From: Escherichia phage N2
DNA: 64,000 nt
Sequence record: ON645936.1
Direction: 5' to 3' (one strand)
Shown: positions 10,560 through 21,621 of the stretch, piece after piece
Position numbering within the stretch: the first letter of the stretch is position 1
Layout: each line of letters starts with the position of its first letter
Notes under the pieces: model-generated
Told to the model about the DNA's origin: nothing
What the model saw: the letters and a program-made list of their open reading frames with translations, nothing else
The model's database searches: none
Translations under genes and position numbers: made by a program

Positions 10560-10567
10560 TATAAATA
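10560..10567 (+). promoter_or_regulatory. Late promoter TATAAATA (gene 51 operon)
   Basis: Exact TATAAATA upstream of gp51 RBS AAAAGGAG. Confidence 0.65.
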
Positions 10568-10584
10568 GAATAAAAGGAGCATCT

Positions 10585-11334
10585 ATGGCAAACATTATTC
10601 GTTGTAAATTACCAGATGGTGTTCATCGTTTTAAACCATTTACGGTAGAAGATTATCGAGATTTTTTGTTAGTTCGAAACGATATAGAACATCGGTCACC
10701 ACAAGAACAAAAAGAAATAATTGCTGATTTAATTGCTGATTATTTTGGAGACTATCCGAAGACTTGGCAACCATTTATATTTTTACAGGTATTTGTAGGG
10801 TCAATAGGTAAAACTAAAGTACCGGTCATATTTGTATGTCCAAAATGTAAAAAAGAAAAGACAGTTCCATTTGAAATATATCAAAAAGAATTAAAGGAAC
10901 CTGTTTTTGATGTAGCTAATGTTAAAATTAAATTAAAGTTTCCTTCTAAGTTTTATGAAAATAAAGCAAAGATGATTACTGAAAATATTCATTCTGTTCA
11001 AGTAGATGAAACATGGTATGATTGGAAGGAAATTAGTGAATCAAGTCAAATAGAACTTGTTGATGCCATCGAGATAGAAACATTAGAAAAAATTCTCGAT
11101 GCAATGAATCCTATTAATTTAACATTGCATATGTCCTGCTGTGATAAGTATGTAAAAAAATACACTGATATAGTAGATGTGTTTAAGCTATTAGTTAACC
11201 CAGATGAGATATTTACTTTTTATCAAATTAATCACACACTCGTAAAAAGTAATTATAGCTTAAATTCAATAATGAAAATGATTCCTGCCGAGCGCGGATT
11301 CGTATTAAAACTGATTGAGAAGGATAAACAATAA
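10585..11334 (+). CDS. 51: Baseplate hub assembly catalyst gp51
   Basis: 249 aa, T4 gp51 length; TATAAATA late promoter upstream; ATGA-type coupling to gp27. Confidence 0.85.
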   Translation: MANIIRCKLPDGVHRFKPFTVEDYRDFLLVRNDIEHRSPQEQKEIIADLIADYFGDYPKTWQPFIFLQVFVGSIGKTKVPVIFVCPKCKKEKTVPFEIYQKELKEPVFDVANVKIKLKFPSKFYENKAKMITENIHSVQVDETWYDWKEISESSQIELVDAIEIETLEKILDAMNPINLTLHMSCCDKYVKKYTDIVDVFKLLVNPDEIFTFYQINHTLVKSNYSLNSIMKMIPAERGFVLKLIEKDKQ

Positions 11335-12509
11335 TGAGTATGTTGCAACGCCCAGGATATCCAAATCTCAGCGTTAAATTATTTGATAGCTACGACGCTT
11401 GGAGTAATAATAGATTTGTTGAATTAGCTGCTACTATTACCACGTTAACTATGCGGGATTCTCTTTATGGCCGAAATGAAGGAATGCTGCAGTTTTATGA
11501 TTCTAAAAACATCCATACAAAAATGGATGGAAATGAAATAATTCAGATTTCTGTAGCTAATGCAAACGATATTAATAATGTTAAAACAAGAATTTATGGA
11601 TGTAAGCATTTTTCTGTGTCAGTAGATTCAAAGGGTGATAACATCATTGCTATTGAATTGGGAACTATTCATTCCATAGAAAATCTTAAATTTGGTAGAC
11701 CGTTTTTCCCTGATGCAGGTGAATCTATAAAGGAAATGCTTGGCGTCATTTATCAAGACCGTACGCTATTGACTCCAGCGATAAATGCTATAAATGCTTA
11801 TGTTCCTGATATTCCGTGGACTAGTACATTTGAAAACTATTTGTCGTATGTTAGAGAAGTTGCTCTAGCTGTAGGAAGTGACAAATTTGTATTTGTATGG
11901 CAAGACATCATGGGAGTTAACATGATGGACTATGACATGATGATAAATCAAGAACCATATCCAATGATTGTCGGTGAGCCATCTTTAATAGGTCAATTCA
12001 TCCAAGAATTAAAATATCCATTAGCATATGATTTCGTTTGGTTGACTAAATCGAATCCTCACAAACGTGACCCAATGAAAAATGCTACTATCTATGCTCA
12101 TTCATTTTTAGATTCTTCATTGCCAATGATTACTACAGGAAAGGGCGAAAACTCTATTGTAGTGTCAAGGTCAGGTGCTTATTCTGAAATGACTTATAGG
12201 AATGGATATGAAGAAGCTATTCGTCTTCAAACTATGGCGCAATACGATGGCTATGCTAAATGTTCTACTGTCGGTAATTTTAACTTGACACCTGGCGTTA
12301 AAATTATTTTTAATGATAGTAAAAACCAATTTAAAACAGAATTTTACGTTGATGAAGTTATTCACGAATTATCCAATAATAATTCAGTAACTCATCTTTA
12401 TATGTTCACTAATGCAACGAAACTGGAAACAATAGATCCAGTTAAGGTTAAAAATGAATTTAAATCTGATACTACCACTGAAGAAAGTAGTTCTTCCAAT
12501 AAGCAATAA
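11334..12509 (+). CDS. 27: Baseplate hub subunit gp27
   Basis: 391 aa, T4 gp27 length and order 51-27-28-29. Confidence 0.9.
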   Translation: MSMLQRPGYPNLSVKLFDSYDAWSNNRFVELAATITTLTMRDSLYGRNEGMLQFYDSKNIHTKMDGNEIIQISVANANDINNVKTRIYGCKHFSVSVDSKGDNIIAIELGTIHSIENLKFGRPFFPDAGESIKEMLGVIYQDRTLLTPAINAINAYVPDIPWTSTFENYLSYVREVALAVGSDKFVFVWQDIMGVNMMDYDMMINQEPYPMIVGEPSLIGQFIQELKYPLAYDFVWLTKSNPHKRDPMKNATIYAHSFLDSSLPMITTGKGENSIVVSRSGAYSEMTYRNGYEEAIRLQTMAQYDGYAKCSTVGNFNLTPGVKIIFNDSKNQFKTEFYVDEVIHELSNNNSVTHLYMFTNATKLETIDPVKVKNEFKSDTTTEESSSSNKQ

Positions 12510-12987
12510 AGAAATTTCTATTCCTAAAATGGGTCTTAAACATTATAACATTTTAAAAGATGTTAAAGGACCCGATGAAAATTTAAAACTTTTGATCGAT
12601 TCTATTTGTCCAAATTTATCACCGGCAGAAGTTGATTTCGTTTCTATTCATTTATTGGAATTTAATGGAAAGATTAAATCTCGTAAAGAAATAGATGGTT
12701 ATACTTATGACATTAATGATGTTTATGTATGCCAAAGATTGGAATTTCAATACCAAGGAAATACATTTTATTTTAGACCTCCTGGAAAATTTGAACAATT
12801 TTTAACGGTGAGCGATATGTTATCCAAATGCTTGCTTAAGGTCAATGATGAAGTTAAAGAAATTAATTTTCTTGAGATGCCAGCATTCGTTTTAAAATGG
12901 GCAAATGACATTTTTACAACTTTAGCAATTCCTGGCCCTAATGGTCCAATAACCGGAATTGGCAATATTATTGGATTATTTGAATGA
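12454..12987 (+). CDS. 28: Baseplate hub distal subunit gp28
   Basis: 177 aa, overlaps gp27 3' end in another frame as in T4. Confidence 0.8.
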   Translation: MNLNLILPLKKVVLPISNKEISIPKMGLKHYNILKDVKGPDENLKLLIDSICPNLSPAEVDFVSIHLLEFNGKIKSRKEIDGYTYDINDVYVCQRLEFQYQGNTFYFRPPGKFEQFLTVSDMLSKCLLKVNDEVKEINFLEMPAFVLKWANDIFTTLAIPGPNGPITGIGNIIGLFE

Positions 12988-14756
12988 AAAAGCCACAAGA
13001 AATGCAAACGATGCGTAGAAAAGTTATTTCAGATAATAAACCAACACAGGAAGCGGCTAAATCCGCTTCTAACACTTTATCTGGACTTAACGATATATCT
13101 ACGAAATTGGATGATGCTCAAGCTGCTTCTGAATTAATTGCTCAAACTGTCGAAGAAAAATCGAATGAAATAATTGGAGCAATTGACAACGTAGAAAGCG
13201 CAGTGAGTGATACTACTGCCGGTTCTGAGTTAATTGCTGAAACTGTCGAAATTGGCAATAATATTAATAAAGAAATCGGTGAATCACTCGGGAGCAAATT
13301 AGATAAATTAACAAGTTTACTAGAACAAAAAATTCAGACAGCTGGAATTCAACAGACGGGAACTAGTTTAGCTACGGTTGAAAGCGCTATTCCTGTTAAA
13401 GTTGTTGAGGATGATACAGCTGAATCTGTGGGTCCTTTATTACCGGCTCCTGAAGCAGTTAATAATGATCCTGATGCTGATTTTTTCCCTACCCCTCAGC
13501 CAGTTGAACCTAAACAAGAATCGCCAGAAGAAAAACAGAAAAAAGACGCATTTAACTTAAAATTATCTCAAGCTTTAGATAAATTAACGAAGACTGTTGA
13601 TTTTGGATTTAAGAAATCTATTTCAATTACTGATAAAATATCAAGCATGCTATTTAAGTATACCGTCAGTGCTGCTATTGAAGCTGCTAAAATGACAGCA
13701 ATGATATTGGCTGTTGTTGTCGGAATAGACCTGTTGATGGTTCATTTCAAATATTGGTCAGATAAATTTTCACAGGCTTGGGATTTGTTTAGTTCAAACT
13801 TTACTAAATTCTCTAGCGAAACCGGAACATGGGGTCCTTTATTACAGAGCATCTTTAGTTCTATTGATGAAATTAAAAAATTCTGGGAAGAGGGAGATTG
13901 GGGTGGTTTGACGGTAGCTATTGTAGAAGGGCTTGGAAAGGTTCTTTATAATTTAGGTGAACTTATTCAGCTTGGAATGGCTAAATTATCTGCGGCAATT
14001 CTTCGAGTTATTCCTGGTATGAAGGATACTGCTGATGAAGTAGAAGGAAGAGCACTAGAAAATTTCCAAAATACTACAAATGCTTCTCTTAGCAAAGAAG
14101 ACCAAGAAAAAGTTGCAAATTATCAATATAAAAGAATGAATGGAGACCTTGGTCCGATAGCAAAAGGGTTAGACAAAATTGCGAACTGGAAAACTCGTGC
14201 ATCTAACTGGATTCGTGGTGTTGATAATAAAGAAGCACTAACGACTGATGAAGAGAGAGCAGAGGAAGAAGAAAAATTAAAGCAACTTTCTCCGGAGGAA
14301 GCTAAAATTGCTTTAATGAAAGCTAATGAAGCTCGTGCTGCTATGAATCGTTTTGATCAATATGCCGATTCAGCTGACATGAGTAAAGATTCAACGGTTA
14401 AATCAGTTGAAGCTGCCTATGAAGACCTTAAAAAACGGATGGATGACCCGGATTTAAATAATTCACCGGCAGTTAAAAAAGAACTTGCTGCTAGATTTTC
14501 TAAAATTGATGCTACTTATCAAGAGCTCAAGAAAAATCAGCCTAATGCCAAACCTGAAACTTCTGCTAAATCGCCAGAAGCAAAACAAGTCCAGGTTATT
14601 GAAAAGAACAAAGCACAGCAAGCTCCTGTTCAACAAGCATCTCCTTCGATCAATAATACTAATAATGTTATTAAGAAAAATACTGTCGTTCATAATATGA
14701 CACCCGTAACGAGCACGACTGCTCCTGGTGTATTTGATGCGACTGGAGTTAATTAA
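12984..14756 (+). CDS. 29: Baseplate hub subunit / tail length determinator gp29
   Basis: 590 aa, T4 gp29 length; extended coiled/helical tape-measure-like composition. Confidence 0.9.
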   Translation: MKKPQEMQTMRRKVISDNKPTQEAAKSASNTLSGLNDISTKLDDAQAASELIAQTVEEKSNEIIGAIDNVESAVSDTTAGSELIAETVEIGNNINKEIGESLGSKLDKLTSLLEQKIQTAGIQQTGTSLATVESAIPVKVVEDDTAESVGPLLPAPEAVNNDPDADFFPTPQPVEPKQESPEEKQKKDAFNLKLSQALDKLTKTVDFGFKKSISITDKISSMLFKYTVSAAIEAAKMTAMILAVVVGIDLLMVHFKYWSDKFSQAWDLFSSNFTKFSSETGTWGPLLQSIFSSIDEIKKFWEEGDWGGLTVAIVEGLGKVLYNLGELIQLGMAKLSAAILRVIPGMKDTADEVEGRALENFQNTTNASLSKEDQEKVANYQYKRMNGDLGPIAKGLDKIANWKTRASNWIRGVDNKEALTTDEERAEEEEKLKQLSPEEAKIALMKANEARAAMNRFDQYADSADMSKDSTVKSVEAAYEDLKKRMDDPDLNNSPAVKKELAARFSKIDATYQELKKNQPNAKPETSAKSPEAKQVQVIEKNKAQQAPVQQASPSINNTNNVIKKNTVVHNMTPVTSTTAPGVFDATGVN

Positions 14757-14764
14757 GGAATAAT

Positions 14765-15859
14765 ATGGCAATTGTTAAAGAAATAACTGCTGATTTAATT
14801 AAAAAGTCCGGTGAAAAAATTTCAGCCGGACAGAGTACTAAATCAGAAGTAGGAACTAAAACATACACTGCCCAGTTTCCAACTGGGCGTGCTAGTGGTA
14901 ATGACACTACAGGGGACTTCCAGGTAACAGATCTATATAAGAATGGATTATTATTTACTGCATACAATATGTCATCTAGGGATTCTGGAAGTCTTAGATC
15001 GATGAGATCTAACTACTCTTCTTCATCTTCGAGTATTTTACGTACGGCCAGAAACACTATCAGTAATACAGTATCAAAACTGTCAAATGGATTAATATCA
15101 GATAATAATTCAGGAACAATAAGTAAAGCCCCTGTCGCAAACATTCTTTTACCAAGATCTAAATCTGATGTTGATACATCATCACATAGATTTAATGATG
15201 TTCAAGAAAGTCTTATCAGCAGAGGCGGAGGTACTGCTACTGGTGTGCTAAGTAATATTGCTTCAACTGCAGTATTTGGGGCACTGGAAAGTATAACGCA
15301 AGGTATAATGGCTGATAATAATGAACAGATTTATACGACAGCCAGAAGTATGTATGGCGGTGCTGAGAATAGAACTAAAGTGTTTACATGGGATTTGACG
15401 CCACGTTCAACAGAAGATTTAATGGCTATTATTAATATCTATCAATATTTTAACTATTTTTCTTATGGTGAAACGGGTAAATCTCAATACGCTGCTGAAA
15501 TAAAGGGGTATTTAGATGATTGGTATCGTTCTACTTTAATTGAACCTTTATCTCCGGAAGACGCAGCTAAAAATAAAACGCTATTTGAGAAAATGACATC
15601 GAGTTTAACTAACGTTCTAGTAGTTTCAAACCCGACAATTTGGATGGTGAAAAACTTTGGCGCAACATCTAAGTTTGATGGAAAAACGGAAATATTTGGC
15701 CCATGCCAAATACAGAGCATCAGATTTGATAAAACACCTAATGGTAACTTTAACGGATTAGCTATTGCTCCAAACCTCCCTAGTACATTTACTCTTGAGA
15801 TTACTATGAGAGAAATTATCACGTTAAACCGTGCTTCTTTATATGCGGGGACTTTTTAA
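14765..15859 (+). CDS. 48: Baseplate tail tube cap gp48
   Basis: 364 aa, T4 gp48 length and position. Confidence 0.9.
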   Translation: MAIVKEITADLIKKSGEKISAGQSTKSEVGTKTYTAQFPTGRASGNDTTGDFQVTDLYKNGLLFTAYNMSSRDSGSLRSMRSNYSSSSSSILRTARNTISNTVSKLSNGLISDNNSGTISKAPVANILLPRSKSDVDTSSHRFNDVQESLISRGGGTATGVLSNIASTAVFGALESITQGIMADNNEQIYTTARSMYGGAENRTKVFTWDLTPRSTEDLMAIINIYQYFNYFSYGETGKSQYAAEIKGYLDDWYRSTLIEPLSPEDAAKNKTLFEKMTSSLTNVLVVSNPTIWMVKNFGATSKFDGKTEIFGPCQIQSIRFDKTPNGNFNGLAIAPNLPSTFTLEITMREIITLNRASLYAGTF

Positions 15860-16824
15860 TGTATTCTTTAGAGGAATTTAATAATCAAGCAATAAACGCA
15901 GATTTCCAACGTAATAATATGTTTAGCTGCGTTTTTGCGACAACTCCATCAACTAAAAGCTCTTCGTTGATAAGTTCAATTAGCAACTTTTCTTATAATA
16001 ACTTGGGTCTAAATTCAGATTGGTTAGGATTGACTCAAGGCGATATTAATCAGGGAATTACAACGCTAATTACTGCTGGCACACAAAAACTGATAAGAAA
16101 ATCAGGGGTTAGTAAATATCTTATTGGTGCCATGAGTCAACGTACAGTTCAAAGTTTATTAGGCTCATTTACAGTTGGTACATATTTAATTGACTTCTTT
16201 AACATGGCATATAACTCATCTGGATTGATGATATACTCCGTAAAAATGCCAGAGAATAGATTATCCTATGAAACTGACTGGAACTATAATTCTCCTAATA
16301 TTCGTATAACTGGGAGAGAATTAGACCCTTTGGTTATTTCATTTAGAATGGATTCAGAGTCGTGTAATTATCGTGCAATGCAAGACTGGGTTAACGCTGT
16401 TCAAGACCCAGTAACTGGACTGCGTGCGTTGCCACAAGATGTCGAGGCAGACATTCAGGTTAATCTTCATGCTCGTAATGGATTACCTCATACTGCAGTG
16501 ATGTTCACCGGATGCATTCCAGTGTCAGTGAGCGCTCCTGAGTTATCATATGATGGAGATAACCAAATAACTACATTTGATGTTACTTTTGCGTATAGAG
16601 TCATGCAGGCTGGAGCAGTTGATAGACAAGCTGCGCTTGAGTGGCTTGAATCTGCTGCTATAAATGGCATTCAAAGCGTTCTCGGAAATAGTGGAGGTGT
16701 TACTGGACTATCTAATTCGCTTTCACGACTTAGTAGATTAGGAGGAACTGCGGGAAGCATTTCAAACATTAATACTATGACGGGAATTGTCAATTCGCAA
16801 AGTAAAATATTAGGAGCAATATAA
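15859..16824 (+). CDS. 54: Baseplate tail tube initiator gp54
   Basis: 321 aa; ATGT/TAATG coupling to gp48; hairpin terminator after stop. Confidence 0.9.
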   Translation: MYSLEEFNNQAINADFQRNNMFSCVFATTPSTKSSSLISSISNFSYNNLGLNSDWLGLTQGDINQGITTLITAGTQKLIRKSGVSKYLIGAMSQRTVQSLLGSFTVGTYLIDFFNMAYNSSGLMIYSVKMPENRLSYETDWNYNSPNIRITGRELDPLVISFRMDSESCNYRAMQDWVNAVQDPVTGLRALPQDVEADIQVNLHARNGLPHTAVMFTGCIPVSVSAPELSYDGDNQITTFDVTFAYRVMQAGAVDRQAALEWLESAAINGIQSVLGNSGGVTGLSNSLSRLSRLGGTAGSISNINTMTGIVNSQSKILGAI

Positions 16825-16825
16825 C

Positions 16826-16852
16826 AATGGGGACCTTTCGGTCCCCATATTT
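16826..16852. terminator. Intrinsic terminator after gene 54 (convergent with alt region)
   Basis: GGGGACC-UUUC-GGUCCCC hairpin followed by UAUUUUUAUUU. Confidence 0.7.
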
Positions 16853-17143
16853 TTATTTACGGAATGAAATAAAAGCAGCAACTGAAGCAACTAAACTGTC
16901 TTCAATATAAACTTCAATTTTTACCGGAGCTTCTGACTCAAATTTACCTGTTACTACACCTTGGAAAATGCTTTCAGTCTGCTCTGGCTTTGAAAAATTT
17001 TCAGAAGGAAAAATTCCGAACTTTTTATCTGTTCCAAAAATTTTGATAAATTCATCATAAACTGCTTCATTAAAAGCATTATCAGCAGGAATAACGCCTT
17101 CAACTACAAGTTCTTGACCTAAAAAGCGCAAAGAAGATTTCAT
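16853..17143 (-). CDS. Hypothetical protein (alt-upstream region)
   Basis: 96-aa ORF with GAGGA RBS directly downstream of an early promoter unit. Confidence 0.5.
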   Translation of the reverse strand: MKSSLRFLGQELVVEGVIPADNAFNEAVYDEFIKIFGTDKKFGIFPSENFSKPEQTESIFQGVVTGKFESEAPVKIEVYIEDSLVASVAAFISFRK

Positions 17144-17169
17144 TTTATGTTCCTCATGTTATGTCAGTA

Positions 17170-17210
17170 AATCTACTATAACACAACACGAGGGACTTGT
17201 AAACTACATT
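17170..17210 (-). promoter_or_regulatory. T4-type early promoter (GTTTAC-N18-TATAGT), minus strand
   Basis: rc reads GTTTACAAGTCCCTCGTGTTGTGTTATAGT; overlaps 3' end of Alt-paralog ORF; near-duplicate at ~30857-30897. Confidence 0.6.
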
Positions 17211-17562
17211 TTGAACTTTTTAGTACGCGTAATAGGCATGCGTCGATTTTATACTGTTTCATTGTTTGAAGAGCAGTATCAAAAACCGCATTAATGACAC
17301 CAATTGGATTTCCACCCAAGTTTTTAAGTTTAACTAATGATAGTTTCTCATTAACACCTATCATTACGATATGCATCATTTTATCGCCTGGCTTAACGTT
17401 TTTATTTGTATCACCGCCAGAGGTGTATGTACAAAATCTAAATCCAGGAAGCACGCTTTCTTCGCCGGCTTGAATAGCAAAAATTTGAGGTATTTTATGC
17501 TTAGGATTTAAGTTAACAACCGGCGCCGAAGCGCCGTCAAATAATTCTGTAATAAGTTCCAT
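17176..17562 (-). CDS. Alt N-terminal-domain paralog (putative packaged internal protein)
   Basis: 128 aa; about 60 percent identical to first ~120 aa of adjacent Alt (MELITELFD...NLNPK.KIPQIF...CTYTSGGDTN...GDKMMHIV...QYKIDAC). Confidence 0.6.
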   Translation of the reverse strand: MELITELFDGASAPVVNLNPKHKIPQIFAIQAGEESVLPGFRFCTYTSGGDTNKNVKPGDKMMHIVMIGVNEKLSLVKLKNLGGNPIGVINAVFDTALQTMKQYKIDACLLRVLKSSKCSLQVPRVVL

Positions 17563-17565
17563 GAT

Positions 17566-19662
17566 TTATCCTTGAACGAACTTGTAAGGCATGTTTGTAA
17601 TATCTATGCAAGACGCAATAATTCCGAGAGATGATTCTGCTTTCTGTTTAACATTTGATGAAACAAATGATGCAAAGTCAACTCTGTCTTCTATTTCAAT
17701 ATCACCTGTCATTGCAACTACTTCGCCGGTTTCCATTAGACGGTCACCGTCATAAATTACTGATTCGGTGAGTTCTTCCGTAGTCATAACTTCGGCTTGA
17801 ATGAGTTTTGTATTATTAAATGTTATTCCGTCATTATTAGAAGCATCAGTTATTTTGTTAACTTTGACCATCAATCCGCGCGGTAGAATAACTTCAGCTT
17901 CTGATGCTATTCCGAGACTTCCTGGATATACAACATTAACTTTATGAGCTCCATCAATTGCCCATCCTATTTGAACTTTAACATATTCAGGATTTTCTTT
18001 ATACGCTCTTATTTCGCTTGGATTAATAGTTATTCCTTCTTCATTTTTATCAACCGTTAATTCATTGCGAGCTTCTGGTTCTAAAAGACCGATACCAGCA
18101 TGTGTAATTCCAAAACGTCCAAAAATGATAGGAGTTAAAGAAGTAGATACAAAATTTCTGAAATAGAACACTTTATTTTTAACTAGTGCTTCGTATATAG
18201 GAGCAGTCATACTTTGAGCACGATAAACTGTAATGCCTTCTGGTATACGGTCACCATTTTCAAAGGCTGAATCTAAATTATTTATCGCAGATTCAATTTC
18301 TTTTTCACTCATTACCTCATATCGTTCTGGATTGTAGCGGCCTAAAAGAAGATTATTGATGTCAGTATATCCTGCTCCACAATACTCTCTAATGCCGCGC
18401 TTTTGTGATGGAGTATATTTAGAACCATCACGGGCAATAGTAATATCAATCATTGGACCTGCACCAACTCCAGAAAAACTATAAATCATTCGTTTGAGGA
18501 ATACAGTTTTTGCTGCGTTCCAGGAATTTTTAGTTATTTCTTCCCAGACTTCATCTGACTGTCCTTTGCGGGTTTTATTATGTGTATCAAGCCAATTATC
18601 TTTATATTCTTCAAAGAATTGATTAACAGCTGCTGCGTATTTCTCTAAACATTTTATTGAAGTAGTTGGTTCATTTTTGATCGCATTAAGAATTACATCT
18701 TTAATTTTTTCAGAAACCTCATCAACCTCACTTTTTGAAACGAATTTATAGTAATGGCGAAGTTCATTTGTAGTTCCTTCGGCAATAATTTTTGCTGCCT
18801 TAGTTTTAGAAGCTAATGAATTAATTCCAAGCTTCATTTCTTCTGCTTCGGGAATTAAAGGAGCGGTAGCAGGTTTATTAAAATTGGCTGCGGTAGATTC
18901 ATACTTCTGGAATAATTCGCTTTCAAATCTAGAAGATTCTAATGATTGACTTTGTGCAATTGCTCTACGGGAAATTTTAACTTTAACGATTACAGCTTGG
19001 TCAGAACGTTTATCATTTTCTTGCGCAATAGATGCTGCAATTGCCTCATTTTTAGTTACTTGAGCTCCAGTATCTTTGTTGATATAAACATCGCCGACCT
19101 TCGATTCAACTTTAGTAAAGAGCTCGGTACTAATTTCCGGAACTCCTGGAATGTCTTCTAATGATACATTTTTGCGATGTATAAGAATATATGCATACTT
19201 TTTATCGTAATCCCAGATTTCCTTAAGAAGGACGTATCTGCCACCTGAACGACTACGGATAAGTCTATCAGCAATAACTTGAATTTGTCGAGCTTGACCA
19301 GCAGTTTTAGACTTAAGAATACGAAGCATACAAGCATCAATTTTATACTGGCGCATCGTCTGCATTGCAACAGTAAAAACTGAATTGATATAATTAATTG
19401 GGCTTGGACCGAGACCTTTTAATTTAGCAATTGAACCTTTAGCAGTTAATGTAAAAGGAACAATATGCATCATTTTATCGCCCATCTTTAAATCACGGTT
19501 AGTATCACCTCCAGATGTATAGGTACATAAACGAAAGCCCGGTTGTTCAATTGCATCATCAACATGAACTGAAAAAATTTGTGGTATTTTCTTCTTTGGA
19601 TTTAAGTTTGTAATCGGAAGAGTAGTATCTTCGTCAAATAATTCTGTAATAAGTTCCATCAT
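17566..19662 (-). CDS. alt: ADP-ribosyltransferase Alt
   Basis: 698 aa at T4 alt position; T4 Alt-like N-terminus; C-terminal region with Arg/STS/ExE-type ART elements (YRAQ, STSLT, SEAEV). Confidence 0.88.
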   Translation of the reverse strand: MMELITELFDEDTTLPITNLNPKKKIPQIFSVHVDDAIEQPGFRLCTYTSGGDTNRDLKMGDKMMHIVPFTLTAKGSIAKLKGLGPSPINYINSVFTVAMQTMRQYKIDACMLRILKSKTAGQARQIQVIADRLIRSRSGGRYVLLKEIWDYDKKYAYILIHRKNVSLEDIPGVPEISTELFTKVESKVGDVYINKDTGAQVTKNEAIAASIAQENDKRSDQAVIVKVKISRRAIAQSQSLESSRFESELFQKYESTAANFNKPATAPLIPEAEEMKLGINSLASKTKAAKIIAEGTTNELRHYYKFVSKSEVDEVSEKIKDVILNAIKNEPTTSIKCLEKYAAAVNQFFEEYKDNWLDTHNKTRKGQSDEVWEEITKNSWNAAKTVFLKRMIYSFSGVGAGPMIDITIARDGSKYTPSQKRGIREYCGAGYTDINNLLLGRYNPERYEVMSEKEIESAINNLDSAFENGDRIPEGITVYRAQSMTAPIYEALVKNKVFYFRNFVSTSLTPIIFGRFGITHAGIGLLEPEARNELTVDKNEEGITINPSEIRAYKENPEYVKVQIGWAIDGAHKVNVVYPGSLGIASEAEVILPRGLMVKVNKITDASNNDGITFNNTKLIQAEVMTTEELTESVIYDGDRLMETGEVVAMTGDIEIEDRVDFASFVSSNVKQKAESSLGIIASCIDITNMPYKFVQG

Positions 19663-19711
19663 ATCCTCTCTAGTGTTTATTCTATTTATAAAATTAAAGG
19701 CCTGAAGGCCT

Positions 19712-19900
19712 TTAATAATCTAGTGGTAAGAGAGTACGATATATTTCAAACTTTGGCCCTTTTTCATAGGCATCAAATGTTTCTGTGAATTTATTATAAG
19801 CATATGCATCTACAAATTCGAGAACGATTTGTGATACAGAAGTAGAAACATCTCCACCTTCTTTTTGAGCCACGACAATTGTTTCTAAGTAAGCTTTCAT
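19712..19900 (-). CDS. Hypothetical protein
   Basis: 62-aa ORF, stop overlaps ligase start; hairpin terminator downstream. Confidence 0.45.
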   Translation of the reverse strand: MKAYLETIVVAQKEGGDVSTSVSQIVLEFVDAYAYNKFTETFDAYEKGPKFEIYRTLLPLDY

Positions 19901-21357
19901 AGACCAGTTACCTCATGAAAATCACCAAATACATCCTCGAATGTATTAGCTTTAGTTTTATCTTCACGTAAACGAATCGCAATCGGAAGAAATAATTTAA
20001 CGTAATCAGTGCGGCCATCAGATTTTAACCAACCGTTGCATTCGCACTCTAGAATTTTTCCAATATAATAATTTTGGTTTTCCATAATGCGAGTACGGTC
20101 AAGTTCATGTGATTTTACACCAGCTTTATCTTTTAAGCCTGAACCTGCATTGACTTTAATTTTTCCACACTCTGATTCAAGAATAAATCCACCAGCTTTA
20201 GTAGGGTCTTTACGGTGAGGATAAATTCCTACAATTTTTAAATCAACATCAATTACTTCTTTAAATTTATAGAGATTTTTTGAACGAGCATTTTCCCACA
20301 ATCCATCTGTATTTTTGAGAATAATACCTTCAAGACCTTGGTCAATATACTTTTTATAAATTACCTTAGCTTCATCTAGGTTATTTACTACTTGGTTTTC
20401 AATTAAAATTACTTTATCATATCCTGATGTCATTTGTTCTAGTTTAGAAAAACGTACATCATATTTTAAACGAAACGTCGGAAGACCGTATATTTCTACT
20501 AACGGAACATAATCCCAGACCTGAAACTTCATGCATTTGGCTTCTTTTTCGGAAATGGTTCCTTTTAAGGATTTATTGGCGATTCCATTAGAAGCAGTAC
20601 GAGATTCCGCTACTTCGGCGAATTCTTTAGCTTTGCTAATTTCAGGAGTGTCAAAAAGAAAATCTAGGCCTTCTGGTTCCTTTTCAACTTGCTCATGGTA
20701 TACCAATTCGCCATCGATTAACACGCCTTCTGGATGAATCTGGCGGGCTTCAGCAGTCATTTTGATTAACTCTTCCTTAAGAAGATCTAATCCTAGGTAT
20801 TCATTGCCAGCTCGCGATAAAAGACGAACATCATCTAATTCATCACCTCGGACTTCAGCAAAACACCGAGCTCCATCTGCTTTTAACTGCGCAAAAGCTG
20901 GAAATTTGATATTCTTACTAATGCCTTTTTCATCATAAGAACTTGCAAGCATTTGAGGTTGTTCAGGAATTAAACCTGGCCAAACTTTGTTTGCAATAGA
21001 TACTGAAGCACCGCATTCAAGGTCTCGCATCATAACTCGACGTAGTACTTCAACATCATCCTTTTTACCATCGGTGATATACCCAGTTAATTCCTCAATT
21101 GCTGCATTTCCAGTCAATTTCCGAGTAGCTAACGTAAATTCAATAAAGTCAAGCATATCGGTAATGGTCAGCATTCCAAAACTCTGGGTAGCAATACCAG
21201 GCTTAGGCCATTTCTTGATATAATACTGTAACCCACGAGAATAAGTCAGACGATATACTCGTTTAAGCAATTCATTATCTTTATTCTTTTCAAGAATTGC
21301 TTGCTTCTGCTTAGTTGATCCAATAGATGCTATTTCATTCAGAATTTTAAGAATCAT
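19897..21357 (-). CDS. 30: ATP-dependent DNA ligase gp30
   Basis: 486 aa; MILKILNEIASIGSTKQKQAILEKN... and KADG adenylation motif as in T4 DNA ligase. Confidence 0.95.
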   Translation of the reverse strand: MILKILNEIASIGSTKQKQAILEKNKDNELLKRVYRLTYSRGLQYYIKKWPKPGIATQSFGMLTITDMLDFIEFTLATRKLTGNAAIEELTGYITDGKKDDVEVLRRVMMRDLECGASVSIANKVWPGLIPEQPQMLASSYDEKGISKNIKFPAFAQLKADGARCFAEVRGDELDDVRLLSRAGNEYLGLDLLKEELIKMTAEARQIHPEGVLIDGELVYHEQVEKEPEGLDFLFDTPEISKAKEFAEVAESRTASNGIANKSLKGTISEKEAKCMKFQVWDYVPLVEIYGLPTFRLKYDVRFSKLEQMTSGYDKVILIENQVVNNLDEAKVIYKKYIDQGLEGIILKNTDGLWENARSKNLYKFKEVIDVDLKIVGIYPHRKDPTKAGGFILESECGKIKVNAGSGLKDKAGVKSHELDRTRIMENQNYYIGKILECECNGWLKSDGRTDYVKLFLPIAIRLREDKTKANTFEDVFGDFHEVTGL

Positions 21358-21489
21358 TGCTCATCCTTCAAAGTTTGGTTTACAGCTCTATTATAAATCA
21401 ATTCATCATTAAGCTCAGGCAAAGACTTATGATATGTAGTTCTAACTTTATTTCCTTGCATCCAGTGCTTGACGTAAATGAAACCTTGC

Positions 21490-21621
21490 TCTACACATTT
21501 TTAAAAATTCGTTCGTCTTTTTGAGCTCGGAATTCTGGATTGCATCTAAAAAATTGATTTACGTGACCGTAATCACGTGTAGTATTACCTTCATTTTCAT
21601 AAATAGTGTGAACGACAAACA
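21490..21621 (-). CDS. Hypothetical small protein (about 43 aa, below ORF-track cutoff)
   Basis: Own translation of minus strand: MFVVHTIYENEGNTTRDYGHVNQFF...; start overlaps upstream stop (TAATG); coordinates approximate. Confidence 0.3.
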
